DNA from: Massalongia carnosa
Taxonomy: Eukaryota
Length of the DNA: 64,000 nucleotides
Direction: 5' to 3'
NCBI GenBank assembly: GCA_965645245.1
Contig: OZ287067.1
Span: 2,604,001 to 2,668,000, forward strand
Shown piece by piece: positions 1-12,133 of this stretch. The notes below the pieces were generated by a model. That model had not been told where the DNA came from. It searched no databases and saw only the letters and a program-made list of their open reading frames with translations. Numbering within the stretch: the stretch's first letter is position 1; each line of letters begins with the position of its first letter. Made by a program: the position numbers and the translations under genes.

Positions 1-27
1 ACATTAAAGTGAAGAACAACGGCATAC

Positions 28-238
28 CTATGTGGCCGTTGGCACTTGCCATATGGAGTAAGCTATTGCCACTTTCTTCCTCAACTGTGGTGCTAATAAT
101 ACTAAATCGAGAAAGGTTTGAAGCTTCGACAAAGGTGTTGATAGAGTTTTGGAGGCCTTCCAATTGGCCGGTTCGAGAAAAGTAGAGGAGATCCTCTATT
201 TGCTCCTCAGACAGGGCAGCCAAGATTACGGACGGCAT
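28..238 (-). CDS. YAR1: Ankyrin-repeat protein Yar1-like, first exon (gene continues off the left edge)
   Basis: Manual translation from ATG 238: MPSVILAALSEEQIEDLLYFSRTGQLEGL...ESGNSLLHMASANGHI, then a GTATGC donor at 27. The ankyrin GNxxLHMAxANGH motif and the DLLYFxRxG N-terminus are typical of Yar1. Confidence 0.75.
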
Positions 239-799
239 GAAGGGAGTGAGGCAATGAAAGTTGATGACGGAGTTGTGTATCAACGGTAGCGGATTGGTGA
301 GTCGGAATACGAGTACTAACGTTAGCTTTGGTTTAAATGCTTGGCAGTCGCTTTATGAAATTATTTGTTAACAGCTAAAACCTTCATCTTCGACACTTCA
401 GCAAAAAATACCTGGGGCAGCTATCTGAATCGTCTCTCCAACGTACAGTTTAATATCACTAGACTCCACGAAATCAAAGCACCCATATTTCTCAGGCCGC
501 CCTACAGGCAGATGTTGAAAAATTATACAGGGCGTTACAATATTCGAATACGCATTGCTGATACGCAGCATCCATAGCGCATTGATCTCCTTTGCTTGTC
601 GTCCTATGGACAGGTATATGAAGATATCGGATTCTTCGTCTCAATCTTTACGCCGGTGAGACGCAGGACCCATTCCACGTGAGCATAATGCGGGCCGGCA
701 CGCATCCAATGTTGGTATTTACACAACGAGGGCTATTCTCCTCCTTCAACAAATATAGAAATACACATCCTTATTCCGAAGACAATTCTTCTGTTGCTT

Positions 800-1636
800 T
801 CAATCCCTCAACCAAGCTCTCCTCTTCTCCTCCTTTCTTTCCTTCCGCTTCTCCTTGAACGCTTTCAGTTCTTGCTTGGTCAGTTTCTTTCCGCTGCGCT
901 CCGCCTTCAGGCTCTTTCCATTATGGCTGTTAGCCGCAGCGTCCACGTCGAAGAAGGCGCTCATTTGCCTCTTGCTTTTATTCTCGTCGTTGTGATTCTC
1001 GGGTGTGATGGTGCTGGGCTGCCATTTGCCCGTGAAACGATTGAACACCCCAGTTGCGGTATAAATCGCGTCAGGATCCACTATTACTGCACCGGCTGTG
1101 TCTTCATCCACAAATGGGGTTTGCAGATCTTGAGCATAGGCTGCAGTGGGATCGTAATCACCATGTATGGCAGGATCGTACCCGCCATGAGGGCGAGCGG
1201 GGGAATTGGAAGTGTTTTCGCTTGTCGTTCCCGGTGCGTGGTCGGGCATTCTGTCGTAGTTACCGACGCCGGATACCAAGGGCTGAGAGTCGGGTACGCG
1301 CGGGTTAGTCCATTGGGAGGCGCCGTTGAAGCGATTGTAGAAGTAGTATGCTTGTGCTGTCTCGTCCCAGATTGGGTCCCAGCCGTCGTCCACAGTATTT
1401 GAGGGAGGTAGTTCCAGCGGTAATGGGGGACGTGCTGTTAATTTTTTGGGTGATGAATCTTGCTTCGTTGAGTCTTTTACCGGTTGCTGTGATGTTTTAT
1501 CGTCATCTCCTAACCCTTTCTGTGTTACTTCGCTCGTACTTGATGACCGATTAGAAAGGACAGTGTCATCTGTGGAAGAACGATCCGATGGTCCATCGTC
1601 GAGTGAGTCATTCTTTACACTGCTGTCGCTTGCCAT
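800..1636 (-). CDS. WW-domain protein with basic C-terminus
   Basis: WW domain WDPIWDETAQAYYFYNRFNGASQWTNP; conserved-looking C-terminus FNRFTGKWQ...KRRAWLRD; first ATG at 1636 (an upstream exon is not excluded). Confidence 0.8.
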   Translation of the reverse strand: MASDSSVKNDSLDDGPSDRSSTDDTVLSNRSSSTSEVTQKGLGDDDKTSQQPVKDSTKQDSSPKKLTARPPLPLELPPSNTVDDGWDPIWDETAQAYYFYNRFNGASQWTNPRVPDSQPLVSGVGNYDRMPDHAPGTTSENTSNSPARPHGGYDPAIHGDYDPTAAYAQDLQTPFVDEDTAGAVIVDPDAIYTATGVFNRFTGKWQPSTITPENHNDENKSKRQMSAFFDVDAAANSHNGKSLKAERSGKKLTKQELKAFKEKRKERKEEKRRAWLRD

Positions 1637-2201
1637 TGTTATAGCTAACACACTATGTATTCAAGGACGAACGGAACGGTGATGCCGATGAGGGCAAATA
1701 TCGAAGGAAGGATGAGAATATATGCGTAGGTCTGCATTGAAGTTAATGATTATGTAAATCCTTCGTCATGCTAACTGACAAGCACGGAAGATTTAAAGAC
1801 ATAAAGGGCAAGGCGTCACGGCGCGGAACTATAAAGATGCCGATGCGACTTCCGATGTACTCCGGTGCTTGTATTCGATCTCCACGTCGAACTATTCCAC
1901 CCCCAAGATCGAATAAGAAGCTTTTCAAGATGTTCGCTTGTAGTTGTGGGGTGGGAAGAGAGAGTAAAAAGAAAGAACGCCTCTGTATGACGTCAGATCT
2001 CGATCCAAGGCGCTCGGAGTTCTTCGGACAGAATCTTGCCTGGCTAACCCTCCTTCGCTTTGTTCGCATCCTGTCGTTGATTTTTGAGTAGTGTTTGGTG
2101 TTCTTCCACTTCACAAAGTGGTAATGGTGTGTCTGCTTGATTAAGTCAAGGCTGAGACAAAGAATTTGCTCCAGGAAGCCTAGGGAACCCAGGTCTCAAA
2201 G

Positions 2202-3901
2202 ATGTCATCGCTCGTCAAGAAACTGTTCATTGACAAGAAGCGGGAGATAGTCCTGTTCTCCTCCACGGCAATTGCTCTCTATGGCTATGATCAAGGCATG
2301 ATGTCTTTGATCAACACGAACTACGACTACCTGAACACAATGGGCATCAGCAAAGAAGATCCCCTTGTTGGGGTAATTGTCTCAGTGTACTACCTAGGTT
2401 GCGCCGTGGGCTCAGTGCTCGCAAGCTTGTTAGCTGACAAACGAGGGCGGAAACCAAGCATCTTTGCGTGTTTAGCTGTGACGGCGGTCGGAAATCTGCT
2501 GATGTTCATCTCTGGCATGGGTTTCGAAAAGGGCGCCATGGCACTCATGTTCGTAGGGAGGGTTGTCATGGGCCTGGGAGTGGGCGGCATCGATTCAGTC
2601 ATACCGGTATATTCTTCCGAACTAAGCTCAGATGGCGGCCGGGGAAAAGCCCTAGCACAAGAGTTTCAATCGAACATTTTCGGCCTCGTAATGGCATTTG
2701 GCTTGAATCTTGTAGTGACCAAGACTCTTGGAAAAGGGAATCAGTGGGGTGGGTGTTCCGGTCTAGTGTTGCTCGTTCCGTCGAAAGCTGACCCCGTAAA
2801 AAAGCATGGAGGATCCCAATAATAGCCATGCAGATTTACCCGGTTTTGCTACTAAGCTTCATATATCGCCTCCCTGAAACACCGCGATGGTTCATATTCA
2901 ATGACCGGCGTGACGACGCCCATGACGCTTTGACTGACATCTACGGTGACGACGCGACAGAAAAGTTTGACCAGCTGGTGCAGGCGCACCAGGACGAAGC
3001 CAGCCATGCCATTGGCTACAATGACATGATCTGGCCTTCCGGCAGCCAATTCCACCAGACGGTCGTAACGGTCATGGGCCAGGTCAATCAAGCGTTGACA
3101 GGTTATGGGGCAGTCAGTGTCTATGGCCCGCAAATCTTTCAGCTGCTTGGCTTCGACGTCAGCGACTCAGAATATTTAACGCTGGGAAACTACATCTCCT
3201 ATTTTTTTCTCATGACTCTTGCTTGGCTGCTCATCGATCGCGTTGGCCGACGTATTCTCATGGTCGGCGGGGCCTTTGCCATCGCAGCCTGCTTCCTCAT
3301 CCTCACTATCCTGGGCGGTCTTGCAATGAACTCGGACCGCTTTAAGATTCCTAATTTAGCCGTTGCGATACCGGGTAGCGTGATACTGTACATTGCAACA
3401 GGTGCGTTTGGGGTTGGCTGGTTAGCCGAGCCCTGGCTTATCCCAACGGAGATATTCCCTTCTACTTCGCGTGCTCAAGGGGCTGCCATCTCTGTTGTGA
3501 TCTGGGGTTTAGCCAATTTCGCCGTTACGCTGCTCACCCCGATCCTTTTTAACGAAATCAGATACTGGCTCTTCCTCGTCTTCGTGGTCACAAACCTGTT
3601 CGCCGGCTGGTGGACTTGGGTGCGGTTTTACTATTCCCTTCTTCACTTTTTGCCCTAAGGCTTTGGCTCACAACTGCTAATTATGAATTCTCAGGCATAC
3701 TCCCCCGAAACTGGCGGCCGCTCGTTTGAAGAAAACCAGGCTTTCTTTGAAGACGCCAAGGATCACTCTACCTGGCGCGTGCAAAGGGTCAATAAGGGCG
3801 AATTCCGACACATGCCGGGCAGCGAGAAGAGTAGTTCAGGCGATGGGGGAGAGGGAAATGGCGAGTCGGCACCTTTACTGGGAGGGGCTGATAGGTCATA
3901 A
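2202..3901 (+). CDS. MFS sugar porter family transporter (3 exons; introns 2749-2804, 3620-3694)
   Basis: Motifs YGYDQG, DKRGRK, PVYSSE, PETPRW, DRVGRR, EIFP..R and PETGGRS; the GT-AG introns with CTGAC/CTAAT branch sites restore one frame. Confidence 0.92.
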
Positions 3902-5694
3902 ACTTCTTGACAGCGGCGCAGCGCTTTTGTCACGAGGCAGGGGGGGTCTAGTCAGGGAAAAAGCAGCCCGTACTTCGCCACCAAGCAGCCAATTCCTTCC
4001 CTTCCCTATTCATTCGCGCACCATAGCTCTGATTCCCAACCAAAATTTTCTATGTCAGCAACTCAAAACATCCACATCATCAGCTTACATGCTGCTTTCT
4101 TGAATGTCGACTTCCGTTAGCCTGATGTCTGCATCTTCTTCTTTCTCTCCTCTCCCTCTTTCTTTCCCTCCAAAAACGCACTTGTCGCCCATTAATTTCC
4201 TTTCTTCTTGCATACAATCATCAATGCCCTTCCCCCATTTCCACCGTGGCACACCCAAACATATCATAGCGAATACCTTGAGAAAGAAAACGCATTTCCA
4301 AAAGAAAGTCAAACTGCTCTCCTACCGCTTGATGTACTTGGCATCTATAGCAATCAGACGACCACGGCTCCTAGTCAACATATAACTCCCAAACAATGCC
4401 CCATCTACCTTCGAAATCCTATGCGGTGCATTTGCAAAAGTCGAAAAGGTTATCGATGCGAGTATGGGCTACCTGTAAGCCAGGAAAGATATCTACAAAA
4501 TCTATCGGCAGGAAAATAAACCCATAGAGAAGGAAGCAGCAGAAAAACCATCTGCAGGGTCAGATACGTCATGAGATTCGCATCAGGAGAAGAAACCAAT
4601 ATGTAAGCATGGTTTTGGTGCTTTGCCGAGATTTCGGCCCCAATCATGCGAAAGCTACACATCGTGCTATGTAACAAGCGGACTTTAGAGACAAGCTTAC
4701 GTACGCCTCTTCTGGTGATGCCATACTTTTCTCTCGGAAATCCGGGAGATCCGCAAGAAGACAATCCCATGAACGTGAAAAAGAGAGAGACATTCGATCT
4801 TCTTTTTCGGGTTCTCAAAGAGTCCCCAGATTACCCACGCCCGCGCAGCGTGACGCATCGAGATCCTGAAGCCAGCGAACAAGCTCGCTGAGCCTCACTG
4901 TCCTTTCATCATCTAAGCTCGCCAACTCAAGTCTTACGAACGGAGCGAAAAGATGCTAGCTTGAGAGCTTTTTTTTGTTAGGACACTTCCCTATAGCGCG
5001 CGTGAAGTTCATTCCGACTTATAACAGAAGCCTTCCGTGGACCTATGATCGGCCGGTGTCGCTGTATTGCAGTATTATGCGTACGGCCATCTCCAAGGGC
5101 GCTCGAGGAGAGACGCGGAGAGCATGATGGGGCGTCCAAGGATGAAAGGGTGAGGCCACTCTTGGTGTCGGCGTATTTCTGGTTATGCAAACGACTTGAA
5201 ATCAGATCGCTTGATAGATCTTCTCACAATCGAAATGCTGAAGATCGATCCCGAGAGACTCCCTCCGAGCGAGTGTCTGAAGAAAGGCACTTGCATCCTT
5301 GGGGGAGAAGAACGACGCGCTAGCATTATTTGCCTGCATACATTAGGTATCTAGGTATATGGAGAGAGTGTAAGGGGGTCACGTGCTACTTGGGGATGGT
5401 AGATGGTATGGGTAGGTATATACCTAGATATTATGCCAAATAGGCGCCATTGAATGAGAAAGCGTTGGAAATAAGTAGTAATTAGCTATAGATTCCGAAA
5501 CAGGTGATCGACAAATCTATAGAGCCAAAAAAAAACTCCCCCGGATAGCCAGCTGTGGCCCCAAATCGAGGAACCGAGCGAACTTATGCATCACATGAAG
5601 TATATTGTACAGTCCCACTGCCCACTTACACTCCCCCCCGGTTCTGGTTGGTGGTAAAAAGAGAGAGAGATTTATGACTTATTACTTCGATACA

Positions 5695-6773
5695 TCATGA
5701 TGTATTTGAAACAGAATTAAAGCGGTGCGAACCAAGCGGATGGTCCGAGTCCATGGTTGGGACCACAACGCTGTTCCCACCCACACCTTGTACGCTGGCA
5801 GCGGAAGTGGACTCCCGATCCGAGCCCGGCCGGGTCGTCGGTACCACTGTAGCGCCCTCCTGGCGCGTGTCTCCTAGGCTGGTGTCGCCTTCCGTATTCC
5901 GGTGGCCGCCGTTCACGTACACGGGCGCCACAATGGTGTCACCCTGGCGCATGCCCTGGACGTGGCCGCCTTGGTGGTCATAGCCGTCATTCGATTCAAT
6001 GGTCGGGACAACGACGGCGTCGCCCGGGGGAGGGTTCGTGGTGCGGCTGTCCGTTGTGGAGTATCCGGGCGAGGGGATGACGGGGACTACGACCGCGTTT
6101 GGATCTTGGCTTTTGGGCCCGTTGCCCGTGCTTTGGTCATCGGTTTGCTGAGAGGTGGTGGGGGCGTAACTGGTATCGGTTGAAGCGCGGGAGGACTCGT
6201 CTTCTATGCAGCATTGAACGGTGTCGTCGCCTATGCAATAGCCCCTATTGTTTGATCAGTCTAATTGGCATTTCGATACGGCGGTAAGGGTACGTACGGG
6301 ACGAATTTGCCTTTGCCGTGGCCGCATTGTTCCTTCTTGTATGTGTTCAGGCAGGAAAATCTTCCATATGATTGAGCGTTTTCGCCAGCGGTGCATTGTG
6401 CCACTACGCAACATTGAACGCTGGCATCTGGAAAAATTGCATCAATATTCTGGTCCCGGTTCGGGGTGGGACAAACGGAGACAAGCATGATCGAGTGTCA
6501 AAAGAAACAGTAGGTGGGAGATCGAGATGAGTATCTTACCTGGTCCGTATTTCCAGAAAGAAACTGCACCAGGGCAATCATCTGTTTTTGTGACTGTACC
6601 GGGATGCTGAGAAGAATTGATTAGTATATTCTCCGCTGAGATCAAAACAGACGTACACCATCAAAGTCGCATTCTTCGCCAACAGAAGGGATGTTTCTTG
6701 CTTCAATCGGAGGCAAGGCGTAGACGAGAACGCCTGCGGAAAGCACCAAGTAAAGTAGAACAGATGATCTCAT
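5695..6773 (-). CDS. Secreted Cys-rich protein, about 287 aa (exons 6773-6657, 6606-6540, 6427-6298, 6244-5695)
   Basis: Signal peptide MRSSVLLYLVLSAGVLVYA; three GT-AG introns give a continuous 864-nt frame; two ..VQCC modules followed by an S/T/G/P-rich tail with repeated VVP motifs. Confidence 0.8.
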
Positions 6774-7079
6774 TGGTGCCGCTGCAATTGAATAAAAGAT
6801 GAAATGTCAGAGATTCGGGAGTACTTTAGGCTGATGATTTCATTCAGGAATAACAACGGTATAAGTAGTACAGAATAAGAATTGCAAGCGGTATGATGAT
6901 GAATGAGAAAAACGACTCAAGTTTCAACGCGAACAACCGTTCCTTATATCTCTTGCTTGAATCTGCCTCGTCTTCTAGGAAAAGCGGTTTGAGAGATTTT
7001 GACTTGCAGCACAAGCTCAAACCCCAAGACATGGAAGATCTCTGGGCATCCAGAAGACGGGATTGTTGGGCTAGAAACG

Positions 7080-7760
7080 TCCGGCGAGATCTGTGCTTCT
7101 CAACGAGCTATTGATGGTTGACAGACGGGAAGAGTTCTTGGTGAAACATTGGAGGCCACCACGTACGAGCCACTTGTGAGGCTTTCGGACAAGAAACGTT
7201 ACCTATTTATTTGGCCGCGTTTCACCAGACGATTGCGGGAAGACGTCGGCCATTGTTTTTTTGAAGGTTAATTATTGACCCTTGAAAAAAGGCAAGAGTC
7301 AATGATGACGATAGACGATGAACGTACGACGAAGAGGTTCATTCATCGAGGTCGCTAGGTAAAGAAGCTGAGTTGAAAACGGATCCTTTGCTGCACTTGC
7401 TTGCCGCTAAGATCTTTCGGCCCTTTCTTACTAACTACATTAAGCCGTTTGCGCTGGAAAGTGCCTTGTAGGGCTCTGGCTTTGCCGTGTTAAAGAATCC
7501 TCATCCACCAGGGACAATCAAACAGTGTTCCATTCTGTTCATTCGCTTTCACGTTTTTATATCTACAACGATGCCACTGCATTTGATAGACGACGAAGGA
7601 ACGGTCGATGTGAGGAAACCCTCAAGGTCATCCTCACGTTTTCCCAAACGGCCCGCTTGCCAAGTCTACCAAGTATCTCCTGTTTCATCCATGCCGTTTT
7701 GGAGAAATGGGAACTCCTTACTCCCCTGTTGATCCTTCGCTTCAGTGTACCTTAAAGAAC
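7080..7760 (+). mobile_element. Possible highly degenerate Ty3/Gypsy integrase remnant
   Basis: Fragment TYEPLV...FIWPRFTRRLREDVGHC resembles the integrase Zn-binding region (WPxxxRxLRxYxxHC); broken by stops, no LTRs seen. Confidence 0.3.
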
Positions 7761-8562
7761 ATTACGGGAAGCGAAAACAAGCCCGTTATTGGGGCACAAA
7801 AGGCCGATTCCCTGTCAGGCTTCAGCTGACACTTCATTGGCCCGCTCATGGATGAACACTTCTGAATTCTGGAGTAGCTGATTCATGGTGCTGCTTGGGC
7901 CACATGAGATTATGCCCTTGCTCCACTTACGCCTATGATCTTTTCACGACTCTTGTATTCTTAACAGCGTACGTTTGTGACTACATTTCGAATTTCTTGA
8001 TTACATCTGCATCATGCACGTGCGTTTTATACGCGTCGATCGATTGCTATATATTTTACACCAGCAATCAAAGGTGTGAGGAGGAATGTCTCTAATCATC
8101 TTGAGTATTGATAAAATGCTGTAAAGGATCCAAACTGACGGAACATGAATAAAATTGTTTTCAGCCGGCCAGATACGATGTAGTTCTTTTCTTGTATACT
8201 ACCAGGCGCTCATTAGTTCGTCTCTCAAATCTGCTGGGGCCAGTCTATCTTCAACAAACCTAGGAATACCGCGAAAGCTTTTGATGGATGAAGATTTTAA
8301 GAGCGAATTGACGAGATTAACGCCCTTAACAGCAACGGAATGTCCTAAAAGGGCAAAAGAGGATGGACCCAGTCATAAGACGAGAAAATCTACTCACCTG
8401 CAAAGAAAACCTCTGTGTAGCGCATGCTTATTTAACAAATACTCTCTGATATTCTTAATCTAGCCGTCTAAGAATATATAGGAAAAGGATTAGCGATTCC
8501 AGATAGGTCATGGATGTAACCCTGTTTACAAAACTCCTTGCTTTGCAACTACCTGGAGTCGC

Positions 8563-9853
8563 CTGGGTAGTTTATGTTAGCCGATTGCTGACTATGAGAA
8601 GCTTTAACTGAGTAATTTTAATTTTTGCACATCTATCATTCTCTATGTTTGTGCCAACAATCTGCCTAATTTCCACAAAAGCTCGAGATCCGTAAAAGAA
8701 AGATTCTTACGCCGTGAATTTTTCTTGACAGCTTCCTGGTTTCCTATTTATCCTTTCAATGCTTGTTACTCACCTGTCACTTATTGCCATATCAACTCAA
8801 TTTCATTCCCGTCTTTGGCTTAGTGCGTAGGCACTAAATTCGGCTTCTTTTCACTTTCATGATGGACGCTCAGTCCGAGGAAATCAACCGGTGGGTCTAC
8901 TACATAGATTCTTGTTAGGAAGTAGATGGACAGCTCTTGGAGGCTATTCAGGGGTAGCCACTTCCCCTTTCGCGATTTTTCTTCTTTTTCACTTTTTCGG
9001 TTTTTCCCAACTTGAGTTATCTTAGTGAGAAAGCAGTCGGGGTCGCAGCAGTAACTATTGCAGATCGCGGGCTCCCGCATCAAAGCGGATGTAAACGCTC
9101 AGAATCCGCAATGCGGCAGATGAGCAACTTGGGTGATGGTGGGGGCACTTCGTGTTGTCGTTGGTTAGCTAGCTAAATTGTCGGTAAAGGCGAGGCCGAG
9201 TTGGCGGTTTGGAAGGGGCGGGCTACGGAGCCTTCGGTGAAAGCGATGAGAGGAGTGGTTGTTATCAGTACGAGTGGTTGATGATGGGGCGAATTTATCC
9301 GTGCTGGCCAGAGTGGGACTTGATAGGTCAAGGGAAGCGGGACGGAGAGGCTACACACAAGCACTAGTTAGCAACTAGGAGGATGAGAAGTAGATAGATT
9401 GAACATATTTGACCATGCTTCGTCGTGATGAGGATCCTACGAACCAGAACCGAACCCAGAAAAAACCCCCTCAAAAAACAGGCCGCTCTAAACACATTCA
9501 TAGCAACGTCCATACATATCTCCACCCCCACTTAGGCCACGCAGATACCTCGCCCCGCTACCGGAAATCAGGTAGAGAAAGGGATTATTTGGGGGTTTTT
9601 TGGACTGGTAGGTAAGTAAGTATGTATGTAGATAGATACCTACATAGCACGTACTGGCTCTGTGAGGGTGGGGGTTTGGCTTTTTTCAAGGGAGACGTTG
9701 AGGAAGAAGAAAGTATACTGTATAGATATGTAGGAGGAATGTTGTAGTTTTCTGATCGTGGATCCGGGGGGGGCTCTTTCTCTAGTTGGAGTTCCTGGTA
9801 GGGCAAAGCTGCTGGGGGGGACAGGTTAAGTAAAAAGTTGATCCGGGGCATAC
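8563..9853 (-). other. Putative multi-intron transcript with no clear long ORF
   Basis: Same-strand donor/branch/acceptor sets: 9654-9558 (GTACGT..CTGAT..TAG), 9444-9351 (GTTCGT..GCTAAC..TAG), 8773-8563 (GTGAGT..GCTAAC..CAG); weaker 9853-9812 and 9548-9488. Confidence 0.4.
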
Positions 9854-10000
9854 CTTGTAGATTTTGGTTTTTGCGTGAGGATGGTTGTTGGAGGGTTTCA
9901 GGTTATTGAATTTGCGGAAAGGGGGTTTCATTTTATTTTTTTTACGATTCTAATGTTTTTTTGGTGGGTTTTTTCTATTATTTCTATTTAATTTGTTGAG

Positions 10001-10033
10001 ATCATGAGGATATCCCCATGATATCCTCATGAT
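10001..10033. repeat. Perfect 14-bp inverted repeat with 5-nt loop
   Basis: ATCATGAGGATATC-CCCAT-GATATCCTCATGAT. Confidence 0.9.
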
Positions 10034-10603
10034 GTTTGTTGTCGTATGCATGCAGACATAAAATTATGCAGCCAGCTCGGCGCACATAGAAGTTGCTTGG
10101 CGCAACTAGAATGTGCCGGGAGTTCATGATTTTAATCTTTTAAGTTTTAGCGCTGGTGCAAAAGGGGATGTGATGCAAATAGGGGTAAACACGGGTAGGA
10201 TCCGCTGAGTCAATCGGAGCTCGCGGGGCTGGCATTCCGATGCATCTGAAGTACTGGCGCAGCCCGAAATTTTTGAAGGTTTTATTTAGTTCTAACTATC
10301 TTTTTCTTGAAGTAAGCACCATGATTTGGTTCCACATATGTTTATTTTATGCTCTTGGGAGCCAGCCAAATCCAGTTGAGCATAAGAACATTGTGGGTCA
10401 TTCAAATAATTGAAACCAAATCATGCTTGGTTTCATCTTTTGTTTTAAGTACAAGTGAGTTTGGATGGATGAACGCGGAGGGTTGAAGTTGACTCAAGGG
10501 TTCGCGCTTTGGATTGTTGACCGACTGCATAACAAAAGTCCTCTTCTCCTTGCAAAGTCTTTTCATCAAATCTTGTCACTAATGGAGACAACACGGCGGA
10601 AAC

Positions 10604-11781
10604 TTATTTTGAATGCAAAAGCGAGTTTTTGAATAATGAATCCATGTACCTCTCGGTTTGTATCTCACTAAAGTCCCTTGTGAAACGAACAGTCAATATT
10701 TCATTAAAGGTTTTCAGTTGTTCTTTAAGTTGTCTAAGCCGAGATATAAATGCTGCAACCTCTTCACCTCCAGACATTCCCTTAAAAACACCCCGAATTT
10801 GACAGTGGAGAATCTCTGAGTGTTTGCTTGATCCTCGTCTCCATACTGTAGGAGACCATGTATGAATCAGCATGCCGTGCTGGCTGGTCTTAATAATCTT
10901 GCACAGTATTGGCAAAATAATTTCTTCAAATCTCATCACCGAGAGAGATGCCCTCCCAAGTAACATAATCTCCATAAGGACGGCCGAACCGATTACATCA
11001 GTGTGGCATATCCTCTCAGCCCTCCTTATCACTATCGGTAACAGCATGATCATTTTAGTCCAGAGCTGGTTTTTATAATACTCACAGGATTCTGCCAGTT
11101 GTAAAGCCTTGAATACCTGTGTTGTACGCAGCTCATCTTTGTTCAACTCCTGGATTCTCGGCTCCGATACATGGAGCAGTAAAGTTGGCTAAGCAGATCT
11201 TTGGGCTGCCGTTGGTGAGTTTGTGCTAGCCTTATCGACGGGAGGAGGGGTTTCCATGCGCTCTTGTGATTGTATTTCTACCACTCTAGCTTCCTCTGAC
11301 TGCTCTGCACTTTTCTCTGTTCCGATGTCATTCTAAAATCCCTTCCTACTGATTGCTCTCCATATTCCTCCCGTTCAATTTCATCCATAAGGCCTCTCTC
11401 CCTGAATTCCTTCACAAAATCTGTTATGACATCCTTATGCTTTCGGATGATAGAACTGGAAAACCTATCCCGAACCAGCTCCTCTCGGAATTCCTTCCAA
11501 ACCGCCTTGTGTTCCTGTACAACCGATTCAAGAGCTTAAATAACCTTCCCACATCCTCCAGCCGAGCTTTGAAGTTCCTTCCGGTAGCTATGTTTGCAGT
11601 AGCATAGGAGGTTTTCAGGGTCGGATAAGATTTCCTCGAGACGATGGAGGACAAGATGGAGGCTTGTGAACTCCTGGGTAAGCTCGTTGTGCTCGCCACA
11701 TGCCTTCTTGGAATTTTGCACAATTTTCCATACAGATTTGGTAAGAAGTACTGCGTCGCTAGGAGAGAAGCTGAAAGACAT
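10604..11781 (-). pseudogene. Disrupted gene with fungal STAND/NACHT-type (HeLo-like) N-terminal domain
   Basis: MSFSFSPSDAVLLTKSVWKIVQNSKKACGEHNELTQEFTSLHLVLHRL, then an in-frame TAA at 11536-11538; protein-like reading continues (AVWKEFREEL..FSSSIIRKHK) with further stops. The 3' limit is uncertain. Confidence 0.6.
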
Positions 11782-12133
11782 GTTGATTCGCTCAACTGTT
11801 GGTCTGCTGTAATATTTCCCAATCAGACAGCGTTGGCATTAACTTAACTTAGATACTTGCTATGCGGATCAAGTAACGATAGCGATTAGGCTAAAATACC
11901 TTCTGAGGTCTTTAAGTCTTGCACAAGGCTAAGGCTAAGGCTGACCATCTACAGAGCAGCGAAGAAAGTGATATCATAATATAGAACAATATCTATTAAT
12001 GTAAGACGACAGACCCCTCTCTACTTCTTCTAAATGCTTTCATACTCATCATCAAAGTTGTTTAGTCTTTTTTCGCATGCCTTTATCTTTCCATCCATCT
12101 TCCCTTCTACTGCCAGACCCCCTTGTTCCACCT

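Noticed and set aside
794..1402. Long antisense ORFs (also 30214-30975, 33173-33958, 43154-43654, 56045-56548)
   Set aside because: They are shadows of real genes on the opposite strand, favoured by high GC.
4085..5323. Several short ORFs between the transporter and the secreted protein
   Set aside because: No recognisable motifs and no consistent exon chain.
8563..10600. Telomerase RNA, suggested by an ATAAGT near 8780 on the minus strand plus U-rich tracts
   Set aside because: No TAACCCTAA-type template found upstream and no convincing pseudoknot or P6.1.
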